Shown: positions 49,613-58,162 of the stretch, piece by piece | How the letters are laid out: the number at the start of each line of letters is the position of its first letter | Numbering within the stretch: position 1 is the stretch's first letter | Virus record (IMG/VR): IMGVR_UViG_3300031419_000378 | Location: 1-64,000 of that record | DNA length: 64,000 nt | Direction: 5' to 3' (one strand) | DNA from: a virus | Taxonomy: Duplodnaviria > Caudoviricetes | Notes under the pieces: model-generated | Database searches by the model: none | Seen by the model: the letters and a program-made list of their open reading frames with translations, nothing else | Told to the model about the DNA's origin: nothing | Translations under genes and position numbers: made by a program

Positions 49613-50035
49613 ATAGTTATAGTTACAAGCATGTTAAGTTTTGTCAAGTTTTTTTTCGGCAAACCAATGTTCAGCTATATAATGGCTGTAATCGACTAAA
49701 GCATGAGTAGGAAATTCAGACTGAAAACTATCATTAATGCTATAAAATAAAGCTAGCTGCGCTGACCTGTTTCCTGTTGTTTAATATGCCACGTTTTAAG
49801 TAAAACTTCATCATACTGCGAATGTCTTCTCTTCGCTCATAGCGGACATTGTGGCGGACATTGAGCCGGATAGCGTCCGCTTTGTGCCAGAAGCAGAAGT
49901 AACGCAGGATCAGTACAAGTTAATCAACGAAATCTTGGCCATAGCTTTTGCGTTATTAATCTAAATAATGGACATTCATGCCGGATGATTTGAAAATCGT
50001 AAGTCTATGATTTACTTATTCGGACATTAAAGTAG

Positions 50036-50467
50036 ATGAGCCAAAAATTAGAATTCATGTTGTTAGCGCTTGAAAAATCACGTCTAGCGCTCCCAGGCTG
50101 TAGACCAAATCCACCCGTTGGGTGCGTGATCGTCCATAACGGGCAGGTGGTTTCCGATGGCTTCACTCAACATCCAGGTCATCATCACGCAGAGATAGAC
50201 GCCATTTCAAAACTAGAGGTTCCAATTGGTGAATGTGAAATCTTTGTCACACTGGAACCATGCTCCTTTCAAGGAAGAACCCCATCCTGTGCATTGACTC
50301 TTGCTGAACTAAAACCACACCATGTCTATGTAGCCATTGAAGACCCGCATTCCAGAAACAATGGAGAAGGGCTGAGAATTTTAAAAAATGCAGGGGTCAG
50401 CTTTACCTTAGGAATTGGAAAAAGAGAAGTGGAGAAGTTCTTATCGCCTTATTTGGTGAAGTCCTGA
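50036..50467 (+). CDS. Cassette: stand-alone RibD-type zinc deaminase domain
   Basis: PNPPVGCVIV, HAE, VTLEPCSFQGRTPSC; no reductase domain. Confidence 0.8.
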   Translation: MSQKLEFMLLALEKSRLALPGCRPNPPVGCVIVHNGQVVSDGFTQHPGHHHAEIDAISKLEVPIGECEIFVTLEPCSFQGRTPSCALTLAELKPHHVYVAIEDPHSRNNGEGLRILKNAGVSFTLGIGKREVEKFLSPYLVKS

Positions 50468-50700
50468 CAGTTTAAATACAACAAAACAGTGCCGGCCATG
50501 AAAATTATGTCCGCTCTTCACTCAAAGCGGACAAAGGGCTGGTTAGCGTCCGCTTAGTGCCAACAGCGGACCTAGATAATCGCCAGTGGTAATTGCTGAT
50601 AATCCTCATCAGTCCAGATAGTAGCCTTAAGGTTGTGCCATCATGTTCATGAACGTTAAAGTTGCTCAAAATGATTATAGGTAAGATTAGGAAGTAACTT

Positions 50701-51168
50701 ATGGCACGTCGAAGTGAATTAAAAGGTATAGCGATTGCTATTAATGGGAGTTTTGTAAGCAGAAACAACGACTTAAATGGATACTGGTCAATAGGCAAGA
50801 TTAAATCATTCGCTCTTGATAACGGCCTTACCTCAGTGACTTTTCCTCTCACCCTTCCTATGACCAACTCCGCATCAAATCTGCAAAACCATACGGTTAA
50901 CCGCTACGCCAAAATGCTCAAGAGCCTATTAAATAAACAAAAATTACCTAGCCTCTGGGTAAGCAACGCGGTCATTACAATCGACTTTGATGCTAAAGCG
51001 GGACATGCAAAATTGTATGAAGACACCACCTCAGGCGACCTTTTCCAATGCACCTGTAAGATAACTGATGATATTGACCGAGATTACTCATCCATAATGT
51101 ATGGGCGTTGCTTGCCGCATTCTGTAGTTCGAGAGTTAAAATCGACTCGAAATTCACCATCATTTTAA
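50701..51168 (+). CDS. Cassette: hypothetical protein
   Basis: 155 aa; stop codon 1 nt before the B site at 51170. Confidence 0.65.
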   Translation: MARRSELKGIAIAINGSFVSRNNDLNGYWSIGKIKSFALDNGLTSVTFPLTLPMTNSASNLQNHTVNRYAKMLKSLLNKQKLPSLWVSNAVITIDFDAKAGHAKLYEDTTSGDLFQCTCKITDDIDRDYSSIMYGRCLPHSVVRELKSTRNSPSF

Positions 51169-51281
51169 CTTCCGCTCCTCGCTCATAGCGGACATCGGTC
51201 TGCACATCTGAGCACTGCCGCCTGTAGCGTCTTATACTCATTTCAGGAGTTGAAAAACGCTGGTCAAAATGGAGCATTGCA

Positions 51282-51659
51282 ATGGCCTTTCAGAACCCCG
51301 CCCAGAACTACACTGAAACGCGCCTGAACTTGGGCGATCTGGTCTATCTTTCACCTTACTCAACCTATCTGATGCGTAGCGAAAGCGACTGTCCCGGTGC
51401 CGGGATTGTCAAAGGATCTGTGCTGGCCATTGATCGCGCGCTGACACCAGCGCACGGTCAGCTTATCGTTGCTGAGTTTGACGGGGAGCTTTCGCTGAGG
51501 CGGCTGCTTCTCAATCCTGTTCCCGCCTTGCAGGCGCTGGACGCGGACGAGACTATAACGCTGCTTGATGTAAGCCAGGCGCTTCCTGTGTGGGGTGTGG
51601 TCGCTTATGCCCTTACCGATATAGCGGGAGTGGGATTCAACGGACCAGCAGGAGAATAA
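51282..51659 (+). CDS. umuD: UmuD'-like (HumD-type) protein lacking the cleavable N-arm and catalytic Ser/Lys
   Basis: Starts MAFQNPAQNY (equivalent to GFPSPAADY); S24 fold but SDCP replaces GDSM and SLRRL replaces TVKKL. Confidence 0.75.
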   Translation: MAFQNPAQNYTETRLNLGDLVYLSPYSTYLMRSESDCPGAGIVKGSVLAIDRALTPAHGQLIVAEFDGELSLRRLLLNPVPALQALDADETITLLDVSQALPVWGVVAYALTDIAGVGFNGPAGE

Positions 51660-51661
51660 TT

Positions 51662-51892
51662 ATGTTTGCGCTGGCCGACGCCAATAATTTTTACGCCTCC
51701 TGCGAAACTGTATTCAGACCCGACCTTCGTGGCAAACCCATTGTCGTTGTGTCCAACAACGACGGCTGCGTTATCGCACGCTCAGCGGAGGCAAAGCGCA
51801 TGGGCATCAAAATGGCCGCTCCGCTGTTTAAAAATGAGCGTTACTTTCGTGAGAACGGCGTTCATGTATTCAGCTCCAACTACGAGCTGTAG
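51662..51892 (+). pseudogene. umuC: 5' fragment of umuC interrupted at SSNYEL|Y
   Basis: MFALADANNFYASCETVFRPDL.GKP.VV.SNNDGC.IARS.EAK..GIKM..FSSNYEL*; unrelated sequence begins at about 51892. Confidence 0.9.
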
Positions 51893-51962
51893 TAAGTTAA
51901 GTGGAATGCAACATTGATTGGGTAAACTTTGAGCAGCAATGCTGTTGTCAGAGGTAAACACA

Positions 51963-52946
51963 ATGATGATTCCACCAAACGAGGATGTGCTGGTACTGGC
52001 GGAGCGCTGGCTGAAACTGCTGTCCGACCTGGGCCGGGCTCAGACCACACTCTCCGCCTACCGCAGTGCCCTCAGCCATTATTTTGCATTCTGCAGCCAG
52101 AACAGCATTGAACCTGAAAAGGCCCGGTTTGAAGACCTGGCCGCCTACATCAGCCCTCAGTTACCCGGCATGCCTTTTCCCGCAGCCAGCGCCACGCTCC
52201 AGCTGCGCCTTTCTGTGATCCGTCTCTGGTATGACTTTCTGCTTTATCAGGATATATGCAGTCTCAATCCGCTACCCCGTGCGGGTTTACCCGGCGTCAT
52301 TTATACCGGGCGGGGGCTGGTCCCGCGTATCACCCGCTTACCCGTAATACCTGATGATGAGCAATGGCTGAAATTTCTTAAACATGTTTCAACTGCCTCC
52401 CTGCGTGACCGGCTGATGCTCGCGCTTGCCTATTTTGGTGCACTCCGCCGTGCAGAGGTGACAGCCCTGGCGCTTGAGGATATCGACCCTGCGCATCGCC
52501 TGATCCGTATCCGCCCGGAAACAACGAAAAGCAGGCGGGAAAGAATTATTTGTTATGGTCCGGACGTGACGCCGGTACTGGCAAATCATTTTCGGCAGCT
52601 GAAGCAGGCTGGCTGGACACAGGGTGCGCTGTTCCGTTCATTTTCTGATCGTAATTATGGCACACCCCTTTCTGTGTGGAACTGGAGTAAAACCGTACGC
52701 AGATGGGCTCTGGATACCGGGCTTCCACAGATTACAACACATACCTTCCGCCATCTTCGTCTGACCCATCTGGCGCGGGCCGGCTGGAAACTGCATGAGC
52801 TGGCGACTTATGCAGGACACAGGGATCTGCGCACCACACAAATTTATATCCATCTGTCAGGTTACGATCTGGCTGGCCGGATAGCCGCAGCCGTGGCTGA
52901 AACCGACAGGAAAGTCGCCGGACTTATTTTTCAGGAGCCTTACTGA
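51963..52946 (+). CDS. Tyrosine recombinase (XerC/D-size, Tn554 TnpA-like)
   Basis: GALRRAEV (R), TTK, HTFRH (HxxR), AGH..TTQIY (H, Y); GAGG RBS before ATG 51963. Confidence 0.9.
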   Translation: MMIPPNEDVLVLAERWLKLLSDLGRAQTTLSAYRSALSHYFAFCSQNSIEPEKARFEDLAAYISPQLPGMPFPAASATLQLRLSVIRLWYDFLLYQDICSLNPLPRAGLPGVIYTGRGLVPRITRLPVIPDDEQWLKFLKHVSTASLRDRLMLALAYFGALRRAEVTALALEDIDPAHRLIRIRPETTKSRRERIICYGPDVTPVLANHFRQLKQAGWTQGALFRSFSDRNYGTPLSVWNWSKTVRRWALDTGLPQITTHTFRHLRLTHLARAGWKLHELATYAGHRDLRTTQIYIHLSGYDLAGRIAAAVAETDRKVAGLIFQEPY

Positions 52947-55069
52947 TGAATGAAAAAACGGCCAGAGTCACTTATGTGCCTTTTAAACGCACAGATTATC
53001 AGCTGAGAGATGCGTTAAGTCCTGAGGAAAGAGACGCAATAAGTACAGGCTACCGGCGGTCAGCTGCGCTCGACCAGCCAGGTTCTCTGCCGTTTTTGCT
53101 GTTGCCTCTGCAGGACATTGCCTCACGCAGCAGTATCAGTGCCAGACTTGTCAGAATTACCATACTTACAGTTCTTGCAGAAACACACCGGGCGGGTCAG
53201 CCCTGCTGGCTGTGGACGCAGGAAAGGTGGTTAACGCTCTGTCAGCAACACAGTTCCGGCAGGCCTTTGCTTGCTGCTTTTGCCTTTCATCTCGGCCCGT
53301 TTCCCTCTCCGTTAAGCCTGCCAGTGCATGGTGCACCTTCGCTGTACGCCAGTGCCATCTATGGCCGGATTTTTGTCAGCCATGAACTTAACCGGCTGAC
53401 AGACGTTCTGATCTCACTGGGATATGTCGGGCAGAATCAGAAACACAATCTGTCGGGTATGCTGGGTGTTCTGATGCTGATGAATAATGATCCGCAACTT
53501 GAAAATTTTACGACAGAACTGCTGTGGCGGGGGCAGAACTGTCACGACCGGGGGATCGCAAGAGTTACAGGAAAAATATCCTATGCACTTGCTGCTATGG
53601 GGATTATAAAAAGCCCCCTGAGAATGCGTAATTATAAAGAGTGGCATGAAAAGCCAACAGAAGGTATCGCGCCTGACTGGGCCCGATGGTGCCGGAAGTG
53701 GCGGGAAACGTCGGTACTCCGCCCCCGCTCCAGAGAAACTCAGTACAGTTTCATTCTCCGCTGCGGCCTGTGGCTTGCCCGGGAAAAGCCGGAAATATGC
53801 GAACCGTCTGACTGGACAATGGAAACCTGCGCCAGCTTTATTGCAATGGTTGGCCGACTGAAAGTGGACGAGCTGTCACTGGACACAAATAAAGGGGGCA
53901 GGCGTTCAAACCGCTCAGGAAAGCCCCTGATGCCGCATTCCCGCAGCCGGTTTGTTTATGCAGTTCGCCGTTTTATGCTTGATTATGAAAGCTGGGGCTG
54001 GGGGAAATTAAAATTCAGTCCGGCCCGTCATTTGTCCTCGCCTGACACACCGCTGTTTCGTCAGGGCGTGAATCCCCGCGTCATTGATGATCCGGTCTGG
54101 CTGAAACTGGTCTGGGCAAGCCTGAATCTGCGTAAAGAAGATCTGCTGAGCGAAATTCATTATCCCCTGTCTATGCTTCAGGCTATGGCGGTTATCTGGA
54201 CACATGCAGGGCTGCGACAGAACGAGCTGATGCGTCTGACAATGAACTGTATTACTCCACAGGCGGATGACATTCTGCAGGAAAACGGTGGTGCTATCCC
54301 GGCGGGCACTTTGTGCTATCTCAGCGTGCCGGCCGGCAAAACCTCTAAAGCTTTTGTTAAGCCGGTCTCGGCTGTAGTGAAAAAATATGTAGATATCTGG
54401 CTCAGTGAGCGTCCTCAGGAGCAGGCAGCACTTACGGATGAACGCACCGGCGAAAAAGTTCGTTTCCTGTTTCAGAATCGGGGTAAACCGGTGGGCAGGG
54501 ACATAATAAATCTCACTGTTATTCCGGTTCTCTGCGCCAGAGCAGGAATGCCTGCGGAAGATTCACGCGGTCCCATTACAAGCCACCGAGGCCGTGCTTC
54601 TGCCGTTACAGCACTGGCCAGTGTTACCGGGGGCATGTCTTTACATGAGCTGATGCAGTGGTCAGGTCACTCATCCGCACAGTCGACAATGCATTATATC
54701 CGCATCCGTCCGACTCAGCTGGCAGCATCGTTCGTAAAAGCAGACAGGGTCGCTCATATGATCAGCGTGCTGATTGACCACGATCCGGAAGCCGCGAGTC
54801 TGACCGGCCCCTCAACGTACTATGATCTGGGTGACTCATACTGCACGAACCCCTTCTGGAGCAGCTGTCAGCACCGGATGGCCTGCATCGGTTGCGATTT
54901 TAACCTGCTCAAACAGAGCGCGCGCGGACTGATACTGGAAAGCAAAGCCTCTGTCAGACGTTACCTTGAGGAAGTTCCGCTCACACCCGATGAGAGAGCC
55001 ATCGTGGAACAGGACGCAGAGAAAATTGAACAGGCTCTTAAAAGGTTGTCCCTCAAACCCGAAGGGTAA
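52946..55069 (+). CDS. Large tyrosine recombinase with C-terminal Cys cluster (Tn554 TnpB-like)
   Basis: AGLRQNEL, GKT, SHRGR, SGH..STMHY; YCTNPFWSSCQHRMACIGC; TGATG coupling to upstream gene. Confidence 0.88.
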   Translation: MNEKTARVTYVPFKRTDYQLRDALSPEERDAISTGYRRSAALDQPGSLPFLLLPLQDIASRSSISARLVRITILTVLAETHRAGQPCWLWTQERWLTLCQQHSSGRPLLAAFAFHLGPFPSPLSLPVHGAPSLYASAIYGRIFVSHELNRLTDVLISLGYVGQNQKHNLSGMLGVLMLMNNDPQLENFTTELLWRGQNCHDRGIARVTGKISYALAAMGIIKSPLRMRNYKEWHEKPTEGIAPDWARWCRKWRETSVLRPRSRETQYSFILRCGLWLAREKPEICEPSDWTMETCASFIAMVGRLKVDELSLDTNKGGRRSNRSGKPLMPHSRSRFVYAVRRFMLDYESWGWGKLKFSPARHLSSPDTPLFRQGVNPRVIDDPVWLKLVWASLNLRKEDLLSEIHYPLSMLQAMAVIWTHAGLRQNELMRLTMNCITPQADDILQENGGAIPAGTLCYLSVPAGKTSKAFVKPVSAVVKKYVDIWLSERPQEQAALTDERTGEKVRFLFQNRGKPVGRDIINLTVIPVLCARAGMPAEDSRGPITSHRGRASAVTALASVTGGMSLHELMQWSGHSSAQSTMHYIRIRPTQLAASFVKADRVAHMISVLIDHDPEAASLTGPSTYYDLGDSYCTNPFWSSCQHRMACIGCDFNLLKQSARGLILESKASVRRYLEEVPLTPDERAIVEQDAEKIEQALKRLSLKPEG

Positions 55070-55073
55070 AACG

Positions 55074-55097
55074 GGCCGCTATGTGCCAGAAGCGGAC
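55074..55097 (+). repeat. Class A palindromic site 4 nt after the recombinase stop
   Basis: GGCCGCTA-TGTGCCAG-AAGCGGAC, same class and orientation as array sites. Confidence 0.88.
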
Positions 55098-55183
55098 GTT
55101 AATGTATTACCTGTTCAGAAGCAGATTAGTCATTTTAAGTCATCAACAGAGTGCCAAGATGATTAAATTAATGTTTGACGCTG

Positions 55184-55213
55184 ACTATATTTCTATTATT
55201 CTGGAAATATAGT
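55184..55213. promoter_or_regulatory. Probable ArsR-family operator
   Basis: ACTATATTTC-N10-GAAATATAGT inverted repeat between TTGACG and the arsR start. Confidence 0.6.
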
Positions 55214-55226
55214 TATTGGAGCCAGC

Positions 55227-55562
55227 ATGGACTTACATACCGCAGCAAACGCACTTCGGGAGCTGGGCCACCCGACCCGTCTCAGCATATACCGGGAGCT
55301 GGTCAGGGCGGGTCATCACGGCCTGCCGGTTGGCGAACTACAGAAGCACCTTGAGATTCCTGCCTCCACGCTCAGCCATCATCTTTCTGCGCTGATGTCT
55401 GCTGGCCTCATAAGTCAGGAACGGCAGAGCCGAACCCTGTTCTGCAGGCCCTGTTATGCGCAGCTTGAGCAGCTGATGGCTTTTCTGACTGAAGAGTGCT
55501 GCGCCGGCGGCAGCGACTGCAGCCTGTCTGCCGCGATGCCCCTTAAAGAGACTCCATTGTGA
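55227..55562 (+). CDS. arsR: ArsR/SmtB-family repressor
   Basis: [32 protein letters not shown]; C-terminal EECC. Confidence 0.85.
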   Translation: MDLHTAANALRELGHPTRLSIYRELVRAGHHGLPVGELQKHLEIPASTLSHHLSALMSAGLISQERQSRTLFCRPCYAQLEQLMAFLTEECCAGGSDCSLSAAMPLKETPL

Positions 55563-56281
55563 ATAACGTGAATGATGCCTTGAACAATATCGATCCGACG
55601 CTCCTGGATGCGCCCCTTACGGAAGAGAAGCTGAAGGCTGCAGAAGTGCCACACCCGCCCCGTATCCTGATGCTCTACGGTTCGTTGCGGGAACGCTCTT
55701 ACAGCCGGCTCACCACGGAAGAAGCTGCCCGGTTGCTGACGGCTATGGGCGCGGAGGTGAAAATATTTAATCCGTCCGGCCTGCCGCTGCCGGATGATGT
55801 ACCTGAAACGCACCCGAAGGTTGCAGAGCTGCGCGAACTGGTACTCTGGTCAGAAGGGATGGTCTGGTGCTCTCCTGAGCGTCACGGTGCCATGACCGGC
55901 ATCATGAAGACGCAAATTGACTGGATACCCCTGACGTCCGGGGCGGTCCGGCCATCGCAGGGGAAAACCCTTGCAGTCATGCAGGTCAGCGGCGGCTCAC
56001 AGTCGTTCAACGCCGTAAACCAGATGCGCATTCTCGGGCGCTGGATGCGAATGATTACCATCCCGAACCAGTCATCTGTGGCAAAAGCCTGGGCCGAGTT
56101 TGATGAGGACGGTCGCATGAAACCTTCACCGTATTACGACCGCATCGTGGACGTCATGGAGGAACTGATGAAGTTCACCCTGCTGACGCGCGGGCGAAGC
56201 AACTACCTGACCGACCGCTACAGTGAAAGAAAAGAGAGTGCCACTCAGCTCTCAGAGCGGGTCAACCAGCGCAGCATATAA
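55559..56281 (+). CDS. arsH: NADPH-dependent FMN reductase ArsH
   Basis: [47 protein letters not shown]. Confidence 0.95.
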   Translation: MNNVNDALNNIDPTLLDAPLTEEKLKAAEVPHPPRILMLYGSLRERSYSRLTTEEAARLLTAMGAEVKIFNPSGLPLPDDVPETHPKVAELRELVLWSEGMVWCSPERHGAMTGIMKTQIDWIPLTSGAVRPSQGKTLAVMQVSGGSQSFNAVNQMRILGRWMRMITIPNQSSVAKAWAEFDEDGRMKPSPYYDRIVDVMEELMKFTLLTRGRSNYLTDRYSERKESATQLSERVNQRSI

Positions 56282-56308
56282 AAAAGCCGGCAGATGCCGG
56301 CTTTTTTC
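56281..56308. terminator. Bidirectional terminator between arsH and arsC
   Basis: AAAAAGCCGGCA-g-ATGCCGGCTTTTTT. Confidence 0.8.
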
Positions 56309-56339
56309 ACACTCGTTATGTCCGCAGCCTGGTGAATAA

Positions 56340-56768
56340 TCAGTGGCTGACGCGATGACCGTGCTCATCAATGACCACTTCGCCATCCTCTTTGGTAAAG
56401 GCTCCCTGCTGCGGATCTGGCAGAATGTCGAGAACCGCTTCGGACGGACGGCAGAGCTTCGTGCCGAGCGGCGTCACCACCACCGGGCGATTAATAAGGA
56501 TCGGATGAGCCAGCATGGCATCGAGCAGTTCGTTATCGCTGAAGCGGTCTTCTGCCAGGTCGAGCTGCTCGTACGGTTCGGTATTCTTGCGCAGCAGGGC
56601 GCGTACGCTGATGCCCATGTCCGCAATCAGCTTCTTCAGCTCGTCGCGGGACGGCGGTGTTTCCAGATACAGAATAACCTTGGGTTCGGTGCCGCTGTTG
56701 CGGATAAGCGCTAGGGTGTTGCGGGACGTCCCGCACGCCGGGTTGTGATAAATGGTGATGTCAGTCAT
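56340..56768 (-). CDS. arsC: Glutaredoxin-dependent arsenate reductase
   Basis: ITIYHNPACGTSRNTL..HPILINRPVVVTPLGTKLCRPSE. Confidence 0.95.
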   Translation of the reverse strand: MTDITIYHNPACGTSRNTLALIRNSGTEPKVILYLETPPSRDELKKLIADMGISVRALLRKNTEPYEQLDLAEDRFSDNELLDAMLAHPILINRPVVVTPLGTKLCRPSEAVLDILPDPQQGAFTKEDGEVVIDEHGHRVSH

Positions 56769-56817
56769 AAGCGGTACTCCGTAAAGGCGCTGCACAGTCG
56801 CAACACCGGGGTTAAGG

Positions 56818-58101
56818 TTAAACAGACAGGCGCAGAGCCAGCGCGGCCAGCGTCACAAAAAGTACCGGCAGGGTTATCACGATACCCACGCGGAAGTAGT
56901 AGCCCCAGCTGACAGTAATGTTTTTTTGCGCCAGTACGTGCAGCCACAGCAGGGTAGCGAGGCTGCCGATGGGGGTGATTTTCGGGCCGAGGTCGCAGCC
57001 GATGATGTTGGCGTAAATCATCGCCTCCTTCACCACGCCCTGCGCGGTGCTGCCGTCAATCGAAAGCGCGCCAACGAGCACGGTAGGCATGTTGTTCATG
57101 ACAGAAGAGAGCGCCGCCGTCAGGAAACCGGTGCCGAGCGTTGCGCCCCAGACGCCGTGCTCTGCAAACCGGTTCAGGGCGGCAGAAAGGTAATCAGTCA
57201 GGCCGGCGTTACGAAGACCGTACACCACCAGATACATGCCCAGCGAGAAGATAACAATCTGCCAGGGCGCGCCTTTCAGCACCTTGATGGTATCAATCAC
57301 GTGTCCTTTGCGGGCAACCAGCCAGAGAACACACGCCGCCACCGCTGCCACCAGGCTTACTGGCACGCCGAGTGGTTCGAGAGCAAAGAAGCCGACTAGT
57401 AGCAGGATGAGAACAATCCAGCCGGTTCTAAAAGTGCGCGCATCGCGAATGGCCTCACGCGGCGCCTTCAGTTTCGCCAGGTCGTAGGTGGCCGGGATAT
57501 CCCTGCGGAAAAACAGGTGCAGCGTGACCAGCGTGGCGGCAACCGAGGCGATATTTACCGGCACCATTACCGAGGCATACTCGCTGAAACCCAGCTTAAA
57601 GAAGTCCGCCGTGACGATGTTCACCAGGTTCGACACGATGAGCGGCAGGCTGGAGGTGTCGGCGATGAAACCTGCTGCCATCACAAACGCCAGCGTGGCA
57701 CCGGGGCTGAAGCCCAGCGCCAGCAGCATGGCGATAACGATAGGCGTCAGAATAAGCGCCGCCCCGTCATTGGCGAACAGGGCGGCTACCGCCGCACCCA
57801 GCAGAACGATACAGGTGAACAGCAGCCGGCCTTTTCCGCCCCCCCAGCGGGAAACGTGCAGCGCCGCCCACTCAAAAAAGCCGGACTCGTCGAGCAGCAG
57901 GCTGATGATGATGACGGCAATAAAGGTAGCCGTAGCGTTCCAGACAATCTGCCAGACCACCGGAATATCCCCAATCTGTACTACGCCGGTCAGGAGCGCC
58001 AGAGCCGCACCGATGACTGCACTCCAGCCAATACTGAGGCCCTTCGGCTGCCAGATAACCAGTATCAGCGTCAGGACGAAAATCGCACCCGCCAGAAACA
58101 T
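56818..58101 (-). CDS. arsB: Arsenite efflux pump ArsB
   Basis: [53 protein letters not shown]. Confidence 0.96.
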   Translation of the reverse strand: MFLAGAIFVLTLILVIWQPKGLSIGWSAVIGAALALLTGVVQIGDIPVVWQIVWNATATFIAVIIISLLLDESGFFEWAALHVSRWGGGKGRLLFTCIVLLGAAVAALFANDGAALILTPIVIAMLLALGFSPGATLAFVMAAGFIADTSSLPLIVSNLVNIVTADFFKLGFSEYASVMVPVNIASVAATLVTLHLFFRRDIPATYDLAKLKAPREAIRDARTFRTGWIVLILLLVGFFALEPLGVPVSLVAAVAACVLWLVARKGHVIDTIKVLKGAPWQIVIFSLGMYLVVYGLRNAGLTDYLSAALNRFAEHGVWGATLGTGFLTAALSSVMNNMPTVLVGALSIDGSTAQGVVKEAMIYANIIGCDLGPKITPIGSLATLLWLHVLAQKNITVSWGYYFRVGIVITLPVLFVTLAALALRLSV

Positions 58102-58162
58102 ACCTTCTCCTTTTTAAATAAAGTTGCCCGTTGATCCGGGCAGATGATTATCCCGCACAAAA

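Larger units (their letters stand above)
43636..51193 (+). repeat. Array of 24-bp palindromic sites (8-bp arm, 8-bp asymmetric spacer, 8-bp arm) separating gene cassettes
   Basis: Class A (GTCCGCTT-TGTGCCAG-AAGCGGAC) at 43636, 45750, 47230, 48393, 49875, 50548. Class B (GTCCGCTY-NTCRCTCA-TAGCGGAC) at 45432, 45711, 48354, 49824, 50509, 51170, plus a degenerate B at 47188. B-A pairs are 15 bp apart (27 bp at 49848, from a 12-bp duplication). Confidence 0.92.

Noticed and set aside
43636-51193. CRISPR array interpretation of the palindromic repeats
   Set aside because: Intervening segments are either 15-27 bp or hundreds to about 1800 bp and contain whole genes; two repeat classes; no cas genes in the window
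51194-51281. LexA box upstream of umuD
   Set aside because: No CTG-N10-CAG match found
43636-55097. Classical integron (IntI/attC) or REP/RAYT interpretation
   Set aside because: No consistent RYYYAAC/GTTRRRY ends; genes lie in both orientations; neither recombinase looks like IntI; no HUH RAYT gene, and the sequence differs from the enterobacterial REP consensus
56926-58134. Long plus-strand ORFs (157, 209 and 205 aa) opposite arsB; similar shadows opposite Rz, ParB and TMP
   Set aside because: Antisense shadows of confidently assigned genes, with no recognisable motifs
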